Positions 28,101-37,315 of a stretch of 64,000 bases of DNA are shown in pieces. Below the pieces are notes generated by a model. That model was not told where the DNA came from. It saw only the letters and a list, made by a program, of their open reading frames with translations, and searched no databases. Position numbers and translations under genes: made by a program. The DNA is from an uncultured Chloroflexia bacterium (GTDB lineage: Bacteria; Chloroflexota; Chloroflexia; QHBQ01; JADMIH01): the NCBI GenBank assembly GCA_963797095.1, contig CAWCNY010000003.1, forward strand, positions 128,001-192,000. The letters run 5' to 3'. Numbering within the stretch: position 1 is the stretch's first letter; the number at the start of each line of letters is the position of its first letter.

Positions 28101-29261
28101 ATGAACAAGAGAATCCTGCTACAAGCCACCGCCCGCGCCGGGGGTGACCTGAATCCTATGGTTGCTCTCGCGCTCGGTCTGCGCGACGAAGGGTACACAC
28201 TTACAGTGCTTTGCGATCCCTTTTCACAAGCGGTATTCGCGCGTTTGGACATGCCCGTCATAGTATCCGGCCCGGAGTATGAGGTGGGCGAAACGGTGAA
28301 GGCAGCGCTCAAGGTGAATGGTGGGCTGCCGGAGGCCGAACGGGCAGGGGTTGAAGACGCGGCCATCAGCGAATGGCGGACGAAGTTGGCCCCATCGGCG
28401 GTGGAAGTGCTGAGGACGGTGCAACCCGACCTGATTATCACGTCGCTGTTCGGCACCTGCATCGGCTCGCAGATGGCGCGAATGTCGGGCAAGCCATGGG
28501 TGGCGCTCAATTCAACTTATTATATAGGCCCGAACCCGCCAAGGCCGATGGAGCGCGACTTCTCGCAGAGGGCCGCCGACATATTCCGCTATTCGGTGAT
28601 ACCGTATTTGCCCGAAGCGGAGCTGGTGATGCACGCCACCGATGCGTGGTTCGACTATGACAACTTTGGCATCCCGCCCAACCACCGCTACGTCGGCCCC
28701 CTTTTCTGGGAAGCGCCGGGTGAAGTGCCAGGGTATATTGAGGAGCCGGGTGAGCAGTGGATGTTGTGCACCCTCTCATCGCACAGGCAGGACGACACGC
28801 CAATCGCGGAGAAGGCTATGCACGCGCTGGCCCACACGCACCACAGGCTGGCTGTGACGGTCGGCATGGGGCACACGCCCGGCGAAGTAGAGCCGATCCC
28901 GGCCAACGCTCACGTCGAGCAATACATTCCCCATTCGGCTATCCTCCGGAACACCCAGTTGTTCGTAAGCCATGCGGGGCACGGTTCGGTGATGAAGTCG
29001 CTGTGGTACGGGGTGCCGATGGTGCTCGTACCCTGGTCGCGCGACCAGTTCGGGGTGGCGGCGCGCGCCGGGACTATGCAGGCGGCTGTGGTGATCCCGA
29101 AAGAGAGCCTGACCGTGCACGCGATGGCGGAAGCGATCGGTACCGCGCTACACGAACCGAAGTACAGGTGGGCAGCCCAGGAAGCATCCGCACGCCTGCG
29201 CCACGAGCGTACCACCGAAATCGCCGTTGAAATGGTGGCCGAGGTGTTGGCAGACAGTTAG
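28101..29261 (+). CDS. GT-B glycosyltransferase, GT1/MGT-like
   Basis: GGDLNPMVALA; HVEQYIPH..FVSHAGHGS..GVPMV..DQ signature. Confidence 0.85.
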   Translation: MNKRILLQATARAGGDLNPMVALALGLRDEGYTLTVLCDPFSQAVFARLDMPVIVSGPEYEVGETVKAALKVNGGLPEAERAGVEDAAISEWRTKLAPSAVEVLRTVQPDLIITSLFGTCIGSQMARMSGKPWVALNSTYYIGPNPPRPMERDFSQRAADIFRYSVIPYLPEAELVMHATDAWFDYDNFGIPPNHRYVGPLFWEAPGEVPGYIEEPGEQWMLCTLSSHRQDDTPIAEKAMHALAHTHHRLAVTVGMGHTPGEVEPIPANAHVEQYIPHSAILRNTQLFVSHAGHGSVMKSLWYGVPMVLVPWSRDQFGVAARAGTMQAAVVIPKESLTVHAMAEAIGTALHEPKYRWAAQEASARLRHERTTEIAVEMVAEVLADS

Positions 29262-29263
29262 AT

Positions 29264-29406
29264 GAGGCATGGTCACAATTCATTTTTCGTGCGTGGAGAA
29301 GCAGCAACTTCACGTGGAAACAGCCCATTTCGGCTGCATTGGGCGGGCATGTGGCATATCTCCAGGCGTGCGACAAAAGCCCGATTCTGAATTATGACCA
29401 CGCCTC
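29264..29406. mobile_element. MITE (143 bp) with 19-bp terminal inverted repeats and 8-bp target-site duplication
   Basis: Left IR GAGGCATGGTCACAATTCA; right IR TGAATTATGACCACGCCTC (17/19 match); flanked by AGTTAGAT at 29256-29263 and 29407-29414. Confidence 0.88.
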
Positions 29407-29628
29407 AGTTAGATCACATAGAAATGCCCGGTCGAGGTGAGTTGCAACGAACAGTTCTATTCGAAGGAACCCGCTCCAAGAGCGCACCGGCGCTCGGCTC
29501 GGGGCGACCGGGTGGCTAGATCGGGGGTGGCGGGACGAAGTGGATGCCGAAGGAGTGGCCGGGCCGTGGGCGGATCGTCGTGTGCGACCGCGACAAGGCG
29601 TGGCGTGACCATTGCCAATATGGTCGGG

Positions 29629-30261
29629 CTACGGCCCCGACTCCCGCGTCGTTTCGAAGTTGATGCCCTTCAGCGCTTCGATTCGATCGAAAGCTCGCTT
29701 GCAAAATAGATATATAAGGTACGCAGTTACACTGCCCGCTATCAATGTTAGTGGCGGCACATAGTAGACGAGCACGAGCGCCAACGCGAGGATTACAACG
29801 CAGGGTATGGTTGTGCCCGGCTGGCTGACCGCTATCAGGAAGGAATTTCTGACCACGCTGCGCCACCCTCCTTCGTAGTTGACCATCACCGGAAAGAGGT
29901 ATACAGAAGTGAGAGTAAGGCACAGGGAGACCAGGGCAAGGAGAAGGAACAAAGGCACCTTCAGCCACGCCTCCATGCCGCCGATCAGTAGGTAGTCAAC
30001 GAGCCACAGGCAGCCAATCGCCAGCCACAAAAGACCAAGCCAAAAAGCCTGGCCGAAATTGGCTCTCAGGTGGCGGACGAACGGCATGACCACGCCGCTA
30101 TCGGTGCCTTTGATCCAGTCTCTCACCACGCCGAACATGGCGGCAGTAGCGGGGAACGCCGTTATCAGAGGGAGGGAGGCAAACAGCCATATGAGGTTGA
30201 GCAGAAAGAAATCGACAAGAAGCTCGACTACCCTATAGATTTTGCTATTCAGAAAATCCAA
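29629..30261 (-). CDS. DUF624/YesL family membrane protein
   Basis: LNLIWLFASLPLITAFPATAAMF signature; lies beside a sugar ABC locus. Confidence 0.85.
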   Translation of the reverse strand: MDFLNSKIYRVVELLVDFFLLNLIWLFASLPLITAFPATAAMFGVVRDWIKGTDSGVVMPFVRHLRANFGQAFWLGLLWLAIGCLWLVDYLLIGGMEAWLKVPLFLLLALVSLCLTLTSVYLFPVMVNYEGGWRSVVRNSFLIAVSQPGTTIPCVVILALALVLVYYVPPLTLIAGSVTAYLIYLFCKRAFDRIEALKGINFETTRESGP

Positions 30262-30425
30262 GCTTTGCTTTTCCAGGTGTCTTTCTACCTCTGATCCCTC
30301 TGTCCGAGGGCTGGGTGCAAAGGGCTACGTGTCGCTGGGCGCTTCACACGGCGCGATGCGCTGTGGCGCGACGAGCTAACTCCGGAATTTTACCACCTTC
30401 GCAAGGGTGCTACCAATGCAGGATG

Positions 30426-32615
30426 TCATGCAGGCGCGACCTTTTCGATCGATAGCAGCACCGAGCGGAAGGGCGCATCCGCTCTCACCTCAATCCCCTT
30501 CCCAAGCTCCTCCCCGCCGAGGGTGGCGCTCCAACCGTCGGGCGAGCGCAGGCTGTAGACGGCTTGGGCGTCGATGCCTGGCAGCGCGAAGGCTCGTCCG
30601 GACAGGCCATGTGCCAGCCGGAACGCGAACAGCACGCCGCCCAAGCCGTCCTGCCGAACGTACCATACGGCCGCCCAATCGCCCTGGCCGTCCAGCGGCG
30701 GAGCATCCGTAAGCAGATATTGACGGCCCGATTGGATGATGGGCCTAACGACCCGTTTGTACCACGCCACGTGGTCCCTGACGATCGCGGCTTCCTCGTC
30801 GCTCCATCGCTCGACCGGCGCGCTGATGCCGAAGCTGCCGAGCATCGCTACCCTCGTGCGGAAAGGGAGGTCGCCAAGCTCTCCTCCCGCGGCTCGCAGC
30901 GGGTCGTGCTGGGCCTCGTGTGGAGGCCACTCCACGAGCCAGTCGTTGCACTCCTCGGGAGGGTGGGCAAGCTGGCTTCCGAAATGGATTGCCAGCTTCA
31001 TAAGTGGGTGGGTCTGGTCGCTGATCCAGTTGGTATGCGCGTGCGACAGGACGCCCGCGTCGAAACGCCCGCCCCCGCTGGAGCACATCTCAAGCACCAT
31101 GCCTGGGTGCCCCGCGAGCAGCTCGTCCTGAAGGAGGTAGAGCCCCCGGTAGTGCGCCACGAGAGGGTCTTGCCGCGTCAAATCCTCGGGGAGGCCGGGG
31201 GCCCAGCCTCCCTGGTACAGGTCCGCGTTAAAGTCCCATTTCAGCCAGCGTGCCCCCGTTGACCTCAGCAGAGAGAGAGTGAGGTCGCGGATCCAGGCGC
31301 GCGCTTGCGGCACGCCCAGGTTGAGGATGGCCCTCTCCTGCGGGTGTGCCACTCTTCCACCTACGGCGTGCAGCCATTCGGGGTGGCCGCGCCGTATCGC
31401 CGCGCTCGGACCCACAGCCTCAGGCTCGAGCCAGATTCCGAAATCGATGCCAAGCGCCCGGCAGTGCGCGCTCAATTCTTGCAGGCCGGCAGGGAAGAGC
31501 ATGCGATTGGCGATCCAATCGCCCGTGCGAAGCCACCAGCCCTCGGAAGGGTCCTCCCGCTCGGTGGTGTACCAGCCCGCGTCCAGCACAAATACCTCGC
31601 AGCCGAGATCGCGCGCCCGCGTAGCATAAGCTTTCATCACTTCCACAGGCGGCTCACCTTGATAGGGGAACCAGCTGTTGAATTGTACCGGGATCGGGCG
31701 CTCATCCGGCTGGGAGCCGGTCACGGCTCGACCCCCAGGCTCCTCACCCCCGGCCTGTGGTCTTCCCCGCCGCCTTTGACGACGGAGATAGCTATGCAAC
31801 TGCTGCGTGGCTTGGTTGAGCCCGCCCGCCATGCAGCCGAGGAGCACATCCGGCAGCGCCAGGGAGTCGCCCTCCGCCAGCCGGTGCCTGAAACCCCAGA
31901 GATTCAGCCCGCCCGCCAGCAAGACGCGGCCACTTGAGTGCCTGCGCACGTAGTACTGCCAGTTCCCCGACCAGAATAGCTGGGTGACGTAGGTGTGGTG
32001 CGGAGCGAGCAGCGCCAGGTACGGCGCGAACTCGAAGCCGCTCTTGCCCGACCGGCTCTCCAGCAGCAGAGCCGTCTGCGCCAGCGGCACGCGCTGCACC
32101 TGCGCCTCGGCACCCCACCGCCCCGCCAGGTGGACCACCTCGCGCACGCCCGCCGGCAAGACGGCGGTCAGGCTTCCGGCGTGGCTGATCTCAACCGGGG
32201 GTCCGTCGCCGGTGTGCTGCAACAGCGTTTGGCGGAGCAGCATGCCCCTCTCCTCGTCAAGCGTGAAGCGCAACGCCGCCTGCAATGGGAGGTCGGTCGC
32301 CTGTAATTCGATGGCGAGGGTTGCCCGGTCGGGGCACGTCCAGCCACGGCAGACCCACGATACCTGCCGGGCATCCGGCGAGAGCTGGACGGCAGTGTCG
32401 GTCCGCGAGCGGGCCAGGGCGTCGAATATCTCGGGGCCGGGAAGATCCGGAGGCTCCTCCTGCGACACAGGGCCGAAGTAGTCGCAGAGTAGCGCTCCAT
32501 CCAGCAGGCGCAGATGGAGCATCATGCCTCCCCACCTGAGCGACCACCCCTCGGTTTCCGCCTCGTCCTCGTATACCATCTGCATTACTTTTGCTGCTCC
32601 ACCATTGCCATCCAT
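30426..32615 (-). CDS. Alpha-galactosidase, GH36
   Basis: FNSW, FVLDAGW, GDW, FGIWLEPE, LKWDFN, EMCSSGGGR and WISD motifs. Start uncertain; the ORF-track extension runs into a 9-mer repeat. Confidence 0.88.
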   Translation of the reverse strand: MDGNGGAAKVMQMVYEDEAETEGWSLRWGGMMLHLRLLDGALLCDYFGPVSQEEPPDLPGPEIFDALARSRTDTAVQLSPDARQVSWVCRGWTCPDRATLAIELQATDLPLQAALRFTLDEERGMLLRQTLLQHTGDGPPVEISHAGSLTAVLPAGVREVVHLAGRWGAEAQVQRVPLAQTALLLESRSGKSGFEFAPYLALLAPHHTYVTQLFWSGNWQYYVRRHSSGRVLLAGGLNLWGFRHRLAEGDSLALPDVLLGCMAGGLNQATQQLHSYLRRQRRRGRPQAGGEEPGGRAVTGSQPDERPIPVQFNSWFPYQGEPPVEVMKAYATRARDLGCEVFVLDAGWYTTEREDPSEGWWLRTGDWIANRMLFPAGLQELSAHCRALGIDFGIWLEPEAVGPSAAIRRGHPEWLHAVGGRVAHPQERAILNLGVPQARAWIRDLTLSLLRSTGARWLKWDFNADLYQGGWAPGLPEDLTRQDPLVAHYRGLYLLQDELLAGHPGMVLEMCSSGGGRFDAGVLSHAHTNWISDQTHPLMKLAIHFGSQLAHPPEECNDWLVEWPPHEAQHDPLRAAGGELGDLPFRTRVAMLGSFGISAPVERWSDEEAAIVRDHVAWYKRVVRPIIQSGRQYLLTDAPPLDGQGDWAAVWYVRQDGLGGVLFAFRLAHGLSGRAFALPGIDAQAVYSLRSPDGWSATLGGEELGKGIEVRADAPFRSVLLSIEKVAPA

Positions 32616-32683
32616 GACGCGCCCGGTTCGAGAGTAATATACAGCAAATGATAGCCCCGGAGCTACGACGCGGAGACATGGAG

Positions 32684-32719
32684 TGGGCACGATGGGCACG
32701 ATGGGCACGATGGGCACGA
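32684..32719. repeat. 9-bp tandem repeat (TGGGCACGA)x4
   Basis: Four perfect units. Confidence 0.9.
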
Positions 32720-32735
32720 AGAAACAATTCCGATA

Positions 32736-32788
32736 TTGACAACCGGTAGAATCTCTGCTATCATCTGTCCGAGTATCAAAACGTTTTG
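32736..32788 (+). promoter_or_regulatory. Sigma70 promoter plus LacI-type operator upstream of the ABC operon
   Basis: TTGACA-17 bp-TATCAT (32736-32764) followed by the palindrome CAAAACGTTTTG (32777-32788). Confidence 0.7.
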
Positions 32789-33262
32789 GTCATCCCTTGC
32801 TACTCGCGGCGCGGCGATACGCAAGACCTGGCAGAATCGACCAGCCTGAAGCTTGAAGTAGAGCAACTTACTAAGCGGGTTGGCTCATCATAGCCAGGAT
32901 TGCATGTATAGTTCGTGTCCAAAAGACGCGCTTCCCTCCGGCCAAGACGATCCAGCAAATACAGGTACAGCACGTAAAACAGGTACAACAGGCACAGAGC
33001 TGATGGCATAAGTGCGCCAGGCGAGACGGCGCTCGCATAGTAGTCAGGAGGCAGCCTATGGCACAGGAAGCGGAAGAACGATCCCTTGCGTGGCGGCCGC
33101 CACGCGATTTCTGCAAGTGATTACTGTAGTAACCGTAATAAAGGGTGTAACAGGCAGCAACAGACAATTGAAGGGACGGAGAGGGCGTAGCTTTCTCCGG
33201 TATTCGTCTTTCTGTTGCACAAGCAATGCATGCAACACCAGGAGATGAAGGAGGAAACCTAA

Positions 33263-35134
33263 ATGTCGAAAAGCACAAAGCGGTGGTTTTCAATGATGGC
33301 GACGCTCACCTTAGCGCTGTCGCTGCTTTCGCTCGTACCTCTGGCCCCCAGCGCTTATGCGCAGGGTGATTCTCGCACATTCACCGAGACGGGCCATACC
33401 GTCAGCGGCAAGTTCCTGGACTATTGGAACGCGCACGGCGGGCTGGCCCAGCAGGGCCTCCCCCTCACCGAGGCCCAGAATGAGGTATCCGCCGTCGACG
33501 GCAAGACTTATATGACACAGTACTTCGAGCGCGCCGTGTTCGAGATGCACCCTGAGAACACCGCTCCTTACGATGTGCTCCTCTCCCTGCTCGGTGCGAT
33601 CCGATACGGGCAGAAGTACCCCGACGGCGCCCCCGACCAGAAGGCCAGCACCGAAGCCAACGCCCAGAAGTTCTCCGAGACGGGCTACACGGTGGGCGGC
33701 AAGTTCCTCGATTACTGGAACAGCCACGGCGGGCTGGCCCAGCAGGGCTACCCTGTCTCCAACGAATTCCAGGAAGTATCCGACGTTGACGGCAAGACCT
33801 ACACTGTCCAGTACTTCGAGCGCGCCGTGTTCGAGATGCACCCCGAGAACACCGCTCCCAACGATGTGCTCCTCTCCCTGCTCGGCACCTTCGCCTATAA
33901 CCAGAAGTCGGACATCGTGGTGAGCAATGTGCCCGCCGCCACCATCCGGGTGGGCACCTGGGAGAGCGGCGACGCCCTCAACCTGTGGAACGACCTGATC
34001 ACCAACTTCAAGGGAATGTACCCGCAGATCGACATCAGCTTCGAGCCGGTGCCCGACAACTACGGCACCAAGCTCCTCACCCAGATCGCCGCCAACGACG
34101 CGCCGGATGTCTTCCAGGTGGGCGACGGCGACGTGCGGATGTTCGTGGAGCGGGGCGGGGCGGCGGACCTCACCAACTACGTCAAAGGCCAAAACGGCCT
34201 GCCCGGACTTGATACCGTCGTCTACTACCCGGCGCTCTTCCAGACGGGAGTGGTGGACGGCAAATCGTCCTTCTTGACCAAAGACTACAGCCCGCTGGCC
34301 ATCTACTACAACAAGGACCTCTTCGACAAGGCCGGCGTGCCCTACCCGAAAGACGGCTGGACCTGGTCTGACTTCCAGGAAACGGCCATCAAGCTCACCA
34401 CGGGCAGCGGCCCCGACGCCCAGTACGGCATCGTTCTGCCGGGCAATTGGACCCGCGCCGTCGAGCCGTTCGTCTTCCAGAACGGGGGCGACGTGTCGAG
34501 CCCCGACGGCACCAAGACCAGCGGCTACCTGGACAGCCCCGCGACCGTGCAAGCTATCCAGTTCTACGTCGACCTCTACAACAAGTACCACGTCTCGCCC
34601 AGCCCGGCCGACATGAGCACCACCTTCAACGGCGTGGACCTCTTCCAGACCGGCAAAGCGGCCATGAACCTGACCGGCATCTGGCCCGAGTCGGGCTACG
34701 CGCAGGCCCCCGACTTCCACTTCGGCGTGGTCGGCCTGCCTCAGAACAAGCAGCGGGCGAACGCGGTCTGCTGGGCGGGCCTCGGCCTCTACAAGGGGAG
34801 CAAGAACCCCGACCAGGCCTGGCTCTTCCTGCGATATATCGGCGGGCAGGCGGGCCAGACCGAGTTCGCCTCCAACGGCTTGCCGTCGATGCCCTCTGTG
34901 GCCGACAGCCTGAAGATTGCCCAGGACCCCAACAAGTCGGCCTTCCTGAACGAAAACCAGTACCTCGTGCCCCTGCCCGATCTGCGCACCCGATATTGGA
35001 ACGACACGACCAACAAATACTGGGGCGAAGCGCTGGACAACCTGCTGGCCGACGGCGGCGACGTCCAGGCGGCTTTGACCGATGCGGCACAAAAGGCCGA
35101 CGCCGATTATGCCAAGTTGAGCAAGCAGCCTTAG
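33263..35134 (+). CDS. Sugar ABC transporter solute-binding protein with two N-terminal Chloroflexi-type surface repeats
   Basis: Signal peptide ending AYA; two FxETG..GKFLDYWN.HGGL.QQG.P..YFERAVFEMHPEN repeats; then APDVF, IYYNKDLFDKAG and FQTGKAAM. Confidence 0.9.
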   Translation: MSKSTKRWFSMMATLTLALSLLSLVPLAPSAYAQGDSRTFTETGHTVSGKFLDYWNAHGGLAQQGLPLTEAQNEVSAVDGKTYMTQYFERAVFEMHPENTAPYDVLLSLLGAIRYGQKYPDGAPDQKASTEANAQKFSETGYTVGGKFLDYWNSHGGLAQQGYPVSNEFQEVSDVDGKTYTVQYFERAVFEMHPENTAPNDVLLSLLGTFAYNQKSDIVVSNVPAATIRVGTWESGDALNLWNDLITNFKGMYPQIDISFEPVPDNYGTKLLTQIAANDAPDVFQVGDGDVRMFVERGGAADLTNYVKGQNGLPGLDTVVYYPALFQTGVVDGKSSFLTKDYSPLAIYYNKDLFDKAGVPYPKDGWTWSDFQETAIKLTTGSGPDAQYGIVLPGNWTRAVEPFVFQNGGDVSSPDGTKTSGYLDSPATVQAIQFYVDLYNKYHVSPSPADMSTTFNGVDLFQTGKAAMNLTGIWPESGYAQAPDFHFGVVGLPQNKQRANAVCWAGLGLYKGSKNPDQAWLFLRYIGGQAGQTEFASNGLPSMPSVADSLKIAQDPNKSAFLNENQYLVPLPDLRTRYWNDTTNKYWGEALDNLLADGGDVQAALTDAAQKADADYAKLSKQP

Positions 35135-35174
35135 CTCCATAGCTCAGGCGGGGCACCGCCTATCAAAGTAGTTA

Positions 35175-35206
35175 CTCCTCCCGCAAGGTGTGCCTTGCGG
35201 GAGGAG
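35175..35206 (+). other. Intercistronic hairpin after the binding-protein gene (mRNA stabiliser or attenuator)
   Basis: CTCCTCCCGCAAGG-TGTG-CCTTGCGGGAGGAG. Confidence 0.6.
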
Positions 35207-35227
35207 CGTTAACACCGGAGGCCACGC

Positions 35228-36172
35228 ATGGCTACGATGCCAAGGCCCATGTCCAGGCCGAGCGCGACGCGAAAGGGGTGGCTCAGTCGCTGGAAGCGAA
35301 GAGAAACCTGGCTTTTCTATCTCTGTATCTCCCCCTGGCTGATAGGCTTCTTGATCTGGACCGCCGGCCCGATGATCTACTCTTTCTATCTCAGCCTCAC
35401 CAGTTGGGACCTTTTCACCCCACCGCAGTGGGTCGGCCTCGACAATTACAAAGATCTCCTCACCGACAACCCCGATTTCTGGCAGTCTCTCAAGGTAACG
35501 GCGGTATATTCTTTCGTTTCGGTGCCGCTCAGCCTGGTGGGCGCGCTCGCCCTGGCCCTCCTTTTGAACTCGAAGGTGCGCGGGATCGCTTTCTTTAGAA
35601 CCATTTTTTACCTCCCATCGGTGCTGCCGGCCATCGCCGTGGCCGTGCTCTGGATATGGGTGTTCAACCCCCAGTATGGCATCCTGAACCTCCTCCTCAA
35701 CCTGGTAGGCATAGAGGGGCCCAAGTGGCTTGGCGACCCGAACTGGGCTTTGCCCGCCCTCATCTTGATGAGCCTCTGGAGCCTGGGCGGGAGCATGATC
35801 ATCTTCCTGGCGGGCCTGCAAGGGATCTCCCAGACCCTCTACGAAGCAGCCGAGTTGGACGGGGCCAACAAAGTGCAGCAGCTGTTCAACATAACCATCC
35901 CCCAGCTGACGCCCACCATCTTTTTCAACCTCGTCATGAGTATTATCGGCTCGTTCCAGGTGTTCACCCAGGCCTACGCCATGACCGAAGGCGGCCCGCG
36001 CAAAGCAACCCTCTTCTATATGTACTATCTATGGGACATGGCCTTCGTGAAGTTCCGCATGGGCTACGCCTCGGCGCTCGCCTGGATCCTGTTCATAGTC
36101 ATCCTCATCTTTACTCTGCTCGTGATCAGGTCTTCGACCCTGTGGGTCTATTACGAATCGGAGACGAAATAG
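35228..36172 (+). CDS. Carbohydrate ABC transporter permease
   Basis: LYEAAELDGA EAA motif; six TM segments. Confidence 0.95.
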   Translation: MATMPRPMSRPSATRKGWLSRWKRRETWLFYLCISPWLIGFLIWTAGPMIYSFYLSLTSWDLFTPPQWVGLDNYKDLLTDNPDFWQSLKVTAVYSFVSVPLSLVGALALALLLNSKVRGIAFFRTIFYLPSVLPAIAVAVLWIWVFNPQYGILNLLLNLVGIEGPKWLGDPNWALPALILMSLWSLGGSMIIFLAGLQGISQTLYEAAELDGANKVQQLFNITIPQLTPTIFFNLVMSIIGSFQVFTQAYAMTEGGPRKATLFYMYYLWDMAFVKFRMGYASALAWILFIVILIFTLLVIRSSTLWVYYESETK

Positions 36173-36236
36173 ACGGTCGGCGGCTGAGGAAGCTGAAGTT
36201 GCTTTCGTTGGACCCTCAACCCCACAGGAGGCAGTC

Positions 36237-37136
36237 ATGGCCACGCAGGACTCCATAGAACCAAAAGCTGTCGTTTCTCCTCGCCGGGGATCGCTGATAC
36301 AATCCAGGAGCGCTCTCGACCTGATCGGCAAGATAGTCGTCTATATATTGCTCATCGGGGGGTCGATACTGATAATGATCCCGGTCTTCTGGATGGTGTC
36401 GAGCGCCCTCAAGCCGAACTATGAGATTTTCGTCTTTCCGCCGAAATGGATACCGGAGCCCATCCAGTGGGATAACTTCGTCAAAGCGATGACTACCCTT
36501 CCGTTCGGCACCTATTTCCAGAACACCCTCATCATCGAAGTTGGTACCATCGTGGGCACGGTGCTTTCCTGCTCGATCGTGGCGTACGGGTTTGCCCGGC
36601 TGGACGCTCCAGGGCGCAACTTCTGGTTCGTCGTGCTGCTGTCAACGATGATGCTGCCGGGCGTGGTGACGATGATTCCCGTCTACCTGATCTTCAGGCA
36701 GCTAGGCTGGGTGAACACTTTCCTGCCTCTGATCGTGCCGAACTGGTTCGGCAGCGCATTCTTCATATTCCTGCTCAGGCAGTTCTTCATGACGATACCG
36801 CGCGACTTCGAGGACGCCGCGCGCATCGACGGCGCAAACACCTGGCAGATCCTGACGCGCATCGTGCTCCCACTGTCCAAACCGGCCCTGGCAACCGTCA
36901 CCATTTTCACTTTCATGGGCGTCTGGAACGACTTCATGGGCCCGCTGATCTATCTCAACAAGCCTGAGACGTATACCCTGGCCCTCGGGTTGAACTTCTT
37001 CAAGGGGCAGTACACGTCCGATTGGAACATGCTGATGGCGGCGTCGCTGGTGATGATGCTGCCGCTGGTCATTCTCTTCTTCGTGGCGCAGAAGGCGTTC
37101 ATCGAAGGCATCACCCTCACAGGTGTCAAGGGCTAG
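36237..37136 (+). CDS. Carbohydrate ABC transporter permease
   Basis: FEDAARIDGA and WNDFMGPL motifs. Confidence 0.95.
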   Translation: MATQDSIEPKAVVSPRRGSLIQSRSALDLIGKIVVYILLIGGSILIMIPVFWMVSSALKPNYEIFVFPPKWIPEPIQWDNFVKAMTTLPFGTYFQNTLIIEVGTIVGTVLSCSIVAYGFARLDAPGRNFWFVVLLSTMMLPGVVTMIPVYLIFRQLGWVNTFLPLIVPNWFGSAFFIFLLRQFFMTIPRDFEDAARIDGANTWQILTRIVLPLSKPALATVTIFTFMGVWNDFMGPLIYLNKPETYTLALGLNFFKGQYTSDWNMLMAASLVMMLPLVILFFVAQKAFIEGITLTGVKG

Positions 37137-37315
37137 GATAGGTGTTACAATGTGAGGGTCCAGGGGGCAGGTATGCGGCAGGGCGGGGGAGTGCACCCTG
37201 CGCTCATCCGGCAGTGGAGTTTGGGTTGCCATCCACCTCCACCCTTTACGGCCAATATCGCTCGTGCGTGTACGCCGGCCCCGATAATATAGCTTGAGCA
37301 GAAGGGCAGCCTATA

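Noticed and set aside
32616-32717. N-terminal MPIVPIVPIVP extension of the GH36 ORF
   Set aside because: Translation of the 9-bp repeat; the true start is probably downstream.
33311-35140. 609-aa minus-strand ORF
   Set aside because: Antisense shadow of the high-GC3 binding-protein gene.
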